From a virus: a stretch of DNA of 64,000 nucleotides. Below, piece by piece: positions 16,688-24,514 of this stretch. The notes under the pieces were generated by a model that saw only the letters and a list, made by a program, of their open reading frames with translations, was not told where the DNA came from and did not search any database. Position 1 is the first letter of the stretch. Each line of letters begins with the position of its first letter. Position numbers and translations under genes: made by a program. Location of the stretch: IMG/VR virus record IMGVR_UViG_3300045999_011383, one strand, 5' to 3'.

Positions 16688-17506
16688 ATGTTTAGCCCAC
16701 AGCAAGTATTAGACTACATAAAAACGCGGGGTGGCGATGTTGAACTAAGGGATTTAAACCACTTTGGCAATAGTTTAATCAAAAGATTAGAAGCAGCAAG
16801 ATGTATTAAGATAACTGGTAGGGTAGGGGAACTTAAAGTATCTCTAATTTGCAGTAATTTTGACAGCAAGCAACAGAAAAATATTGAACCCACTGAAACC
16901 ATTGTTCAACCCCCAAAACACCCTGAGAAGGCAAAATTAAAAAAGCCTAAAACACCATATAAGCGACTTAAACCCAAAAAAGAAAAAGCCCCAGGGATAA
17001 AAACTAAGTGTAAATTGTTAAGAGAATCAATACTTAATGAAATCAAAAAGTCCAATAAACCCATGTCCACAGAAGACATAAGAACGGCACTAACTTTAAA
17101 TATGAGTGCAAAAAGGGTTTACTATCATTTAAAAAGTCTTGAAAAACAAAATTTAATCACCTCATTTGATTGGCATATTATCTTTTGGGTAAGTATAGAG
17201 AAAAAAGACTTATTGAACAAAGCTCCCGCAATGTATGTACCAAGAGACAGAAACAAAGCCCTTGTTTTAGAAGTTTTAAAAACCGCAGATAAAGCGTTGT
17301 CTGTAAAAGATGTTGTTGCATTGTTGTTCTTTAAATTGTCCGCATATACAGTCAGAAGAATATTGTCAATACTTATTCAGGACGGCATTGCTCAAAGCAA
17401 TGTTGTTCCTAGTAACAAAGAATTTTACTATGCTTGTAACGACAACACAAAAGCAATAATAAGTTTGCAAAAATTAAAAAAAACAAAGTTTTCTCCCCTG
17501 AATTAA
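16688..17506 (+). CDS. protein with winged-helix repeats and a lysine-rich linker
   Basis: MSTEDIRTALTLNMSAKRVYYHLKSLEKQNLIT is ArsR/MarR-like wHTH. The linker reads KKPKTPYKRLKPKKEKAPG. Confidence 0.5.
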   Translation: MFSPQQVLDYIKTRGGDVELRDLNHFGNSLIKRLEAARCIKITGRVGELKVSLICSNFDSKQQKNIEPTETIVQPPKHPEKAKLKKPKTPYKRLKPKKEKAPGIKTKCKLLRESILNEIKKSNKPMSTEDIRTALTLNMSAKRVYYHLKSLEKQNLITSFDWHIIFWVSIEKKDLLNKAPAMYVPRDRNKALVLEVLKTADKALSVKDVVALLFFKLSAYTVRRILSILIQDGIAQSNVVPSNKEFYYACNDNTKAIISLQKLKKTKFSPLN

Positions 17507-17592
17507 GTTAAGATCAAAATAGTTTTTGAACCTACTACTCCCATGTCAAATCAACACTCAAGTGAGTATGTTTCCCACCAAAAAGATGAATT

Positions 17593-17949
17593 ATGCAGTT
17601 GGGAACTATGAAAAATACTCAATCAAAAATAGACTACAGTAAGCGATACGGAAATCCTAGAAAGTATCGCCAACAATGCGCGATCGCTCACAAGTCAACC
17701 CATGGGCTATGCTGTTATTGCATTACTAGCAAATCAGATGAATTACATCATGCCTACTACGGCAAGGATGTCATAGGAGAATCGGTATTTCCTGTTTGCT
17801 TACGTTGTCATCAAACTATCTGTCATGACCCCAAGAATTGGATTATAGACCACAAAAATCAATTGTGGAAAAATAGAAACACCACCAAGTTTTTAGAAAG
17901 ACTAAAATTAGGTTACAGGCTATTATATGAAGGCATAAACCTGATATAA
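17593..17949 (+). CDS. HNH-like zinc-finger nuclease (tentative)
   Basis: CCYC....ELHHAYY....VCLRCHQTICHD resembles an HNH/His-Me finger arrangement. Confidence 0.45.
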   Translation: MQLGTMKNTQSKIDYSKRYGNPRKYRQQCAIAHKSTHGLCCYCITSKSDELHHAYYGKDVIGESVFPVCLRCHQTICHDPKNWIIDHKNQLWKNRNTTKFLERLKLGYRLLYEGINLI

Positions 17950-18128
17950 TGTCAATGTGTAATAAGACCCCAGGATGGGAAACTGCGCTCCCATCTTTTT
18001 TTTATTGCACACATTAATAAAAATAAATGGTATAATAAAAAAGTCTTTTGGCTGTTACCCTGTTGTATAACCACTCGCGCCTCCTCCGCGAGTTTTTTAT
18101 TTTTAAAGTCATCTGGTAGAGGTAATTT

Positions 18129-18935
18129 ATGAAAAAAAATAACTTATTAATACAGTTGATGGTTCTGTCGTTGGTGCTACAAACGGCAATACATTCTGAA
18201 ACCGGAATTACTAAAAAGGCAATTGCAGTAAATGAGTCATCTTTGATTAAAGCTCAAGCACCTGTTCCTCAAAAAACAGAAGTCCAGAATAAAGAAGATT
18301 ACTATGAACTTCGTGATGCACTAAGATCCCTTGATATCATCAAAGCCTTAATAATTTTTTCTGGATGTATTTTTACAGCCATTGTATCCATGATGGGTGA
18401 GGCTTTGGTTAAGCAAGTTATTGAGCAAATCAAAAATATTGTTATTGAAGTTGTTGGTAATCAACAGATGTTTAACAACATATCCTCTTCAGAAATTACA
18501 GAAATCAATGCAATGATGGAAAGGATTAGGTATGACTTAAAAGCAGTCAGAATATCTTTGTTTAAATTCCATCTAGACAACCATTCTATATTTTTAGAAG
18601 TAGCATCTAGTGGCAAACACTCAATGGCTAGTCGCCCGCCAATTTCTAGGCATTTTTTTGATAGTGCCATTAAACCTATGATTGATAATAAAATTTCCTA
18701 CTCTTGCTGCGGTAGTGAAGGTGAGGTTTGTTCTACTTGGTTAAGCAGTAGAGACACGGGACGTTATGCTATATATTTATTTTATTATAAAGAAAATTTC
18801 GCTGGATTTATATTAGTTGAATGGAGTAAATCTTTCTTTGAAAATTGGTTTTTTAATGAAGACATGGGAAAATGTGAACCACAATTAAAGATGCTATCTG
18901 CTATGATCAGTGAAGCAATAAAGGACAAAAATTAA
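18129..18935 (+). CDS. signal-peptide/membrane protein (268 aa)
   Basis: N-terminal LLIQLMVLSLVLQTAIHS signal and an internal TM LIIFSGCIFTAIVSMM. The C-terminal domain distantly resembles that of 38764..39441. Confidence 0.55.
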   Translation: MKKNNLLIQLMVLSLVLQTAIHSETGITKKAIAVNESSLIKAQAPVPQKTEVQNKEDYYELRDALRSLDIIKALIIFSGCIFTAIVSMMGEALVKQVIEQIKNIVIEVVGNQQMFNNISSSEITEINAMMERIRYDLKAVRISLFKFHLDNHSIFLEVASSGKHSMASRPPISRHFFDSAIKPMIDNKISYSCCGSEGEVCSTWLSSRDTGRYAIYLFYYKENFAGFILVEWSKSFFENWFFNEDMGKCEPQLKMLSAMISEAIKDKN

Positions 18936-19002
18936 ACTGTTGTAAAACCCTGGCAATGCACAATAAATCAATAGTAGAGCGAGCAACTACCAGGGTAAAT
19001 AT

Positions 19003-20139
19003 TTAATCTCTTATTTGCACAGGCATGGTTAAATATGTCATTTTTAATCCACTTAACGGAGTAAAAATAACTGGTTGCAACTGATGATTTAAGTGAATTT
19101 GAATCTCTGCGGAAGATAACTCTTTAAGTCCTTCCAAAAGATATTTAACATTAAACCCGACTTCGATATCAGTACCAGAAACTTGGGCTGGTATTGACTC
19201 TATAGCACTACCCACATCTTGAGTTTCGCAGGACAAAATTACTAGTTGATTGTCCCTATCTAAAGACAATTTGACAATATTGTTTTTCTGACTAGCTAAC
19301 ACAGAAATCCGTTCTAAGGTGCTAATAAATTGTTTTCTGTCTATTGTTACTTCTCGCTCAAATTGCCTGGGAATTAATTGATTATAAGCAGGATAATGAC
19401 CTTCTAATGTGCGACTGGTTAATCTTTGGTTTCCACGCACAAATACTACTTGTACCGGATCTATGTAAATTTCAACCTGTTCAGGAGCAGAACCCTGGCT
19501 TAACATTTTTTGCAATTCTCGTAACGCTTTAGCAGGAATTGTCACCTCTGATTCTTGATCCTCGTCTGACTCACGACTGGTTTCCACTACCGCTAATCTG
19601 TGTCCATCGGTAGAGGCAAATTCTATACTATCTCGCTTTAAGAAAAAATGCACACCAGTGAGAACCTGTTTAGTCTCATCAGAGCTAGTAGCAAATAAAG
19701 TACGTTGCAGTCCCTCGCTAAGTGCCGAAGCAGAAACCTCAATTGGTTCTACCTCGTGAACTGTTGGCAACTCAGGAAACTCATCAGCATTCATAGCACG
19801 GACTTGATAGCGACCGCTTTTAGGTTTTAAAGTGACGGTAATACCACCGCTTTCTTCTTCAGTGCTACTGATTGTAATGTCACCCTGGGGTAATTTAGAA
19901 ACAATATCTAAGAGTAGTTTAGAAGGTATGGTAATTTCACCACCCTGTAACACCTGAGCATCAAAAGTAGTACAAATGCCTAAACTTAAATCAAAGGAAG
20001 TTAATTCCACTTGATCAGTGTCGCTGTTAGCCTTTAACAAAATATTAGCAAGTACCGGATGAGTTGGGCGTGAAGGAACAGCACGACTAGCCAAAGAAAG
20101 ATTGGCGTTAAGTTCAGATTGAGAGCAAATTAATTTCAT
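19003..20139 (-). CDS. dnaN: DNA polymerase III beta sliding clamp
   Basis: 378 aa. MKLICSQSELNANLSLASRAVPSRPTHPVLANILL and the C-terminal ..PVIFTPL....YLTMPVQIR are typical DnaN throughout. Confidence 0.95.
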   Translation of the reverse strand: MKLICSQSELNANLSLASRAVPSRPTHPVLANILLKANSDTDQVELTSFDLSLGICTTFDAQVLQGGEITIPSKLLLDIVSKLPQGDITISSTEEESGGITVTLKPKSGRYQVRAMNADEFPELPTVHEVEPIEVSASALSEGLQRTLFATSSDETKQVLTGVHFFLKRDSIEFASTDGHRLAVVETSRESDEDQESEVTIPAKALRELQKMLSQGSAPEQVEIYIDPVQVVFVRGNQRLTSRTLEGHYPAYNQLIPRQFEREVTIDRKQFISTLERISVLASQKNNIVKLSLDRDNQLVILSCETQDVGSAIESIPAQVSGTDIEVGFNVKYLLEGLKELSSAEIQIHLNHQLQPVIFTPLSGLKMTYLTMPVQIRD

Positions 20140-20268
20140 GATCTGTGGGAATGTTACTCGTATTAATACTATATTTAATAATAATATTAATTGATTAGTT
20201 TGTCAATAATACTCTCATTTTATGGTATTATTTTTATAGAAATTAATAATTAAAATCAGCAAAAAACC

Positions 20269-21714
20269 ATGACCGAAAAACCAGGGGAATATACAGCCAA
20301 GTACAAGCCAACTCAATTAATTCAAGGAACTGGACAGACTGCATTGATAACAGGATGGACTATCAAAGAAGCAGTCCAAAAACATTTGAGTAACCATGAA
20401 TATGCAGTTATTGGGCAACTATACTCACCCACAAGAGGGATTAACTTAGTGGTTCGGAATCTGCTATTAAATCCTCATGTTAGGTACTTAGTAATTCTCA
20501 ATGGAACTAAGGAAGACAAAAACGCAGGTGGCTGTCAATGTTTAGCTGACTTTTTTCGTTATGGTTTCAATAAAGGTATTAGTGATATTGGTAGAAAAAC
20601 CTGGGTAATTTCTTCTTCTATTACTGGCTATATTGACATCGAGATTGATATGAATGTTTTAAAAAAATTGCGTGAGTCTGTAGAAATCAAGGAAGTACAA
20701 TCAATAGCCCAAGCTGTTGAAGCGGTCAGAGATTATGCAACTAAAAAACCCGTTGCACCTTGGGGAACACCCTTAGAATTTCCCATGAGTACAATTGAAT
20801 CAAATACCCTACCAGGACCCCTCTATGGTCACAGAATAGAGGGTAAAACCATTGCGGAAACCTGGGTAAAAATCATCCATAGAATTAAAACAACCGGGGT
20901 GATCCGACCCACTAGCCATGATGGAACGTGGCAGGAATTGATAGATTTAATGGCAATTATTACCAATGAGCCTGATGATTTTTACTTTCCTGAACCCAAC
21001 TATTTGCCAGTAGATAGAAGTTTTTTACAAGAATATATTTCTCAGATATTAGAGGACGCGCCTAGTCAAGAAGGGATAAAATACACCTATGGACAAAGGT
21101 TACGTTCCTGGTTTGGTAAAGACCAGGTTCGACAGGTAATTGAAAAGCTAACCCATGACATTAATTCCGCCAGGGCTGTAATGTCTCTGTGGGATATTAA
21201 AGAAGACAACGATGAATCTAATCCCCCCTGTTTAAATCATATTTGGGTAAGGGTAGTCAGCGGTGAACTGTCTTTAACCGCAACCTTTCGTAGTAATGAT
21301 ATGTTCTCAGCATGGCCAGCCAATGCCATGGGTTTAAGGGCTTTACAGAAATATATTTATAGTGCTTTATTGAGTTCCCATCAATCCCTCAAATTAGGTC
21401 CATTGATTACCATTAGTCAGAGCGCTCATATTTATGATGATTGTTTTGAGAATGTCAGCAAGGTAATCTCATCTCAGTATGGTAAGATTGCCAAAAACCA
21501 GGATTACTCTGATCCTGTGGGGAATTTTATTATTAGTAATCAAGAGGGTAAAGTCGTGGTTGAGCATACCACCCCTGGTTCAGGAGAGGTGGTTAATTGT
21601 TATTCAAATAAGTCCGCTTATAAGGTGTCACAAGAAATAATGAGAGATTGTCCAGGGTTGCAAAACTCCCATGCTATGTATTTGGGATGGGAGTTGTGCA
21701 AGTTAAAGTATTAA
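20269..21714 (+). CDS. thymidylate-synthase-family pyrimidine C5 transferase with about 170-aa N-terminal extension
   Basis: Catalytic-Cys motif NPPCLNHIW, then TFRSNDMFSAWPANAMG (the RS.D region) and SQSAHIYDD (the HiY motif). Substrate specificity cannot be read from the sequence. Confidence 0.75.
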   Translation: MTEKPGEYTAKYKPTQLIQGTGQTALITGWTIKEAVQKHLSNHEYAVIGQLYSPTRGINLVVRNLLLNPHVRYLVILNGTKEDKNAGGCQCLADFFRYGFNKGISDIGRKTWVISSSITGYIDIEIDMNVLKKLRESVEIKEVQSIAQAVEAVRDYATKKPVAPWGTPLEFPMSTIESNTLPGPLYGHRIEGKTIAETWVKIIHRIKTTGVIRPTSHDGTWQELIDLMAIITNEPDDFYFPEPNYLPVDRSFLQEYISQILEDAPSQEGIKYTYGQRLRSWFGKDQVRQVIEKLTHDINSARAVMSLWDIKEDNDESNPPCLNHIWVRVVSGELSLTATFRSNDMFSAWPANAMGLRALQKYIYSALLSSHQSLKLGPLITISQSAHIYDDCFENVSKVISSQYGKIAKNQDYSDPVGNFIISNQEGKVVVEHTTPGSGEVVNCYSNKSAYKVSQEIMRDCPGLQNSHAMYLGWELCKLKY

Positions 21715-21829
21715 ATTGTGCTTTAGCGTTCTTGTTCTTCTTTCTTTTGTTCTTCCTTGAATGTTCGCCAATCATCGAGAACTTTAAACCATTTTTTCTC
21801 CAAACACCAAAAATTTAACTCTCAAAAAA

Positions 21830-22852
21830 CTAGGAAACCTTGATTTCAGCGATCGCTTCTTCTAAATGTTCCTGAATCACTAATCCCTCTCGCTCTAAAA
21901 TCGCTCGTTTAGCTGCATCTTGGGCAACCCTCACAGCTTGAGCCGCAGAAAAATCTTTCATCTGTTCAATAATTCTTGGCCAGTTGATAGATCCCACTTC
22001 AATTGCAGATAGTGTTTCCCTCAGTATAAATTCTAGTTCTTTTTCTCCCGGTTTGGGTACTGCAATCAGATCATCAAATCTCCTCCATAGGGCAGTATCC
22101 AAAGATTTATTCAAATTCGTAGCGGCTACCATAAGCCCAGAAGAAGGTTGATATTCATCCAAAATTTGCAAAAATGTATTTACTACTCGCTTAATTTCTC
22201 CCACTTCCTGAGAATCTTCTCGTGTCTTAGCAATTGAGTCACATTCATCTAAAAATAATAAACATGGATTTTTTGCAGCATCCTCAAATACCAGTCTTAA
22301 ATTACTGGCTGTCTCCCCTAAAAAAGACGACACCATTGCATCAAAACGTACTTTTAACAGTGGTAAACCTGTATTCCAGGCTAAACGTTCTGCTCCTAAT
22401 GTCTTTCCACACCCAGGCGGTCCATAAAGGAGAATTTTTTGCCGATAACGCAGCCCATGATGAGCTAGTCTATCTCTTGCTGCATACTCGCGCTCAATTC
22501 TTTGAAAACGCTTTTCAATTTTTTCAGGCAATACCATGTAATGACGTAGTTTATCCCTTGGTATGGTCGTTACCAAGGGAAGGTTAAAACGCTTACTGGT
22601 TGGTAATTCGCTTAAACCCTGTAAGTTTTCTCCTGTTGTTTGTGTGGCATTTGCAAGAAAGGAAACAGGTTTGATAGGGTCGGGAGATTGATCTCTGGGT
22701 TTCTTTTTAGCAATATTCTCTAACTGGTCAGCAAGGAGGGTATGCCCTTTACTGCGCTCTTCTTCTATGACCAGATATGCAAGTTTGTCAATCGCTTCTT
22801 GGTCTGAACTAGCGATCGCTCTGAAAAACCTTTTGAGAATCTCTCCCTTCAT
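21830..22852 (-). CDS. classical AAA+ ATPase
   Basis: Walker A LLYGPPGCGKT, Walker B LLFLDECDS, and second region of homology ATNLNKSLDTALWRRFD. Confidence 0.85.
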   Translation of the reverse strand: MKGEILKRFFRAIASSDQEAIDKLAYLVIEEERSKGHTLLADQLENIAKKKPRDQSPDPIKPVSFLANATQTTGENLQGLSELPTSKRFNLPLVTTIPRDKLRHYMVLPEKIEKRFQRIEREYAARDRLAHHGLRYRQKILLYGPPGCGKTLGAERLAWNTGLPLLKVRFDAMVSSFLGETASNLRLVFEDAAKNPCLLFLDECDSIAKTREDSQEVGEIKRVVNTFLQILDEYQPSSGLMVAATNLNKSLDTALWRRFDDLIAVPKPGEKELEFILRETLSAIEVGSINWPRIIEQMKDFSAAQAVRVAQDAAKRAILEREGLVIQEHLEEAIAEIKVS

Positions 22853-22951
22853 ATTGCCTCTCTCTGCAAAAATAGAAGTTTCTTATGTATGTAGTACAAT
22901 TATACTCTATAACTCAGTGGATGACAAATTGTATCATGATCTTGCCTTGCA

Positions 22952-22965
22952 TTGCAACTGGGCTT
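22952..22965. repeat. inverted partial CRISPR repeat (14-nt perfect anti-repeat)
   Basis: ttgcaactgggctt is the exact reverse complement of repeat positions 23-36 (aagcccagttgcaa). Confidence 0.7.
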
Positions 22966-22968
22966 TGA

Positions 22969-23034
22969 CTTGCAATTAACCCAGTCCCTCAAGGTCGGCT
23001 TCTTGCAATTAACCCAGTTCCCCAAGTCCGGTTT
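22969..23034. repeat. two tandem spacerless degenerate CRISPR-repeat-like 33-mers
   Basis: cttgcaattaacccagtccctcaaggtcggctt followed by cttgcaattaacccagttccccaagtccggttt. Each aligns to the 37-nt repeat at roughly 24 of 33 positions and they abut repeat 1. Confidence 0.6.
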
Positions 23035-24171
23035 GCTTCAACTATCCTCAGTCCCTAAGCCCAGTTGCAAGTGTCAAGGGGTTTATTTTCGAAACCCTTA
23101 TATTTCCTACGTCGTTTCAACTATCCTCAGTCCCTAAGCCCAGTTGCAAGTGAAGGACGTGATTCTAATGCAGCAAAGAACATCTGTTTCAACTATCCTC
23201 AGTCCCTAAGCCCAGTTGCAAGACACATTCTTTATCTTTTAAATATAGCTTATACCATCTGTAGTTTCAACTATCCTCAGTCCCTAAGCCCAGTTGCAAG
23301 AACACCTTACCACCTTTAAGGTAAGACGGCACTTTAGGTTTCAACTATCCTCAGTCCCTAAGCCCAGTTGCAAGACAGAATTGAGAGAACTTTCAAGCCA
23401 TAAGAGAGTAGCGTTTCAACTATCCTCAGTCCCTAAGCCCAGTTGCAAGATTTTCAAAAATTTAAAAATGAATCTGGACATGAAGATGTTTCAACTATCC
23501 TCAGTCCCTAAGCCCAGTTGCAAGAATGCACATTAACAAAAAAAAACCATGAAAAACCGTTTCAACTATCCTCAGTCCCTAAGCCCAGTTGCAAGAAAAC
23601 TTATCAGATACTTAATAAGGCTATAGGTTAGTTTCAACTATCCTCAGTCCCTAAGCCCAGTTGCAAGCTCCCATTTATACAGCTTACTAGCAGCGCAAAT
23701 AGTTTCAACTATCCTCAGTCCCTAAGCCCAGTTGCAAGTCAAAAATCAACAGGAATTGGCCACTACTATTGAAGGATGTTTCAACTATCCTCAGTCCCTA
23801 AGCCCAGTTGCAAGATAAAGCCGTCCGGGGAGGCATGACTAATGAGGATGGTTTCAACTATCCTCAGTCCCTAAGCCCAGTTGCAAGTTGAGACAGTTAA
23901 ACCCAAGGTACTTTAACCTAGTTTCAACTATCCTCAGTCCCTAAGCCCAGTTGCAAGAAAGTATTAAAGAAATGCTCAAACTACCGGCATGTTTCAACTA
24001 TCCTCAGTCCCTAAGCCCAGTTGCAAGTTGCTACATTTACCATACTTATGGAAACTGTCAATGTTTCAACTATCCTCAGTCCCTAAGCCCAGTTGCAAGT
24101 TACTTTGTAAGACGTTATGTAAGACGGCGATGGAGTTTCAACTATCCTCAGTCCCTAAGCCCAGTTGCAAG
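23035..24171. CRISPR. CRISPR array: 16 x 37-nt repeats, 15 spacers (33-42 nt); transcription direction unresolved
   Basis: Repeat is GTTTCAACTATCCTCAGTCCCTAAGCCCAGTTGCAAG. Starts are 23035 (one mismatch, GCTTCAAC), 23114, 23186, 23264, 23338, 23413, 23488, 23559, 23631, 23702, 23778, 23851, 23921, 23991, 24063 and 24135. All spacers are unique. Confidence 0.97.
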
Positions 24172-24514
24172 TCCCGGCTTTCAAAAGCTTTATAAGTCAA
24201 GGGTTTCAAAGGCAATTCTGGCGGACCTGCTAAAAAATCTCATTTCAGCCGCTTAAATCAGCTTGGGTCTTTAAAAGAAACTGAGCGAAACTCTTGCAAT
24301 GTCATGGTTCTGGACTTTTGGCGAATGTCCAGGGTTTTTACCCTAGCTTTGATATGCCAAAAAGATGAGATAGTTGCCAGCCATAGTTCCGGCTGGTCTT
24401 TGGGGGTTGTCGCCTTCCCCCTTACTTTTTAGGGTAAAACCCTTACAAGTCATAAGCTAACATTACATTAGCTACCCGTCCAAACTGCGGTAATTTAATA
24501 TTAACCTAGTCCTA
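24172..24514. ncRNA. ORF-free, hairpin-dense spacer between cas12-like stop and array (candidate tracrRNA/scaffold or leader)
   Basis: Stem-loops at 24312-24330, 24331-24344, 24377-24396, 24402-24421 (GGGGG/CCCCC followed by ttacttttt), 24431-24443 and 24455-24474. Confidence 0.3.

Noticed and set aside
16500-16712. Tracked 70-aa ORF.
   Set aside because: The region is extremely AT-rich and low-complexity (NYRYLCLITYANILLYNNKSSLIYFFNF). It more likely holds the promoter region of ORF 16688..17506.
21830-22852. The AAA+ ATPase next to the array as a TnsC-like or CRISPR-associated ATPase.
   Set aside because: It has the classical-AAA signature (GPPGCGKT, DECDS, SRH-like ATN...RRFD) rather than a TnsC/MuB-like sequence. 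It is divergently placed. No functional link can be supported from the sequence.
24203-24239. A possible 17th, terminal repeat (gtttcaaaggcaattctggcgg..) at spacer distance (31 nt) after repeat 16.
   Set aside because: Only the first 7 nt match the repeat, so it is not counted. It may be a fully decayed repeat or chance.
22952-24256. Five tracked ORFs across the array (22952..23137, 23065..23319, 23294..23536, 23951..24256, 23989..24195).
   Set aside because: Their proteins are periodic (FQLSSVPKPSCK.. and FNYPQSLSPVA..). They are simply the 37-nt CRISPR repeat translated in two frames, not genes.
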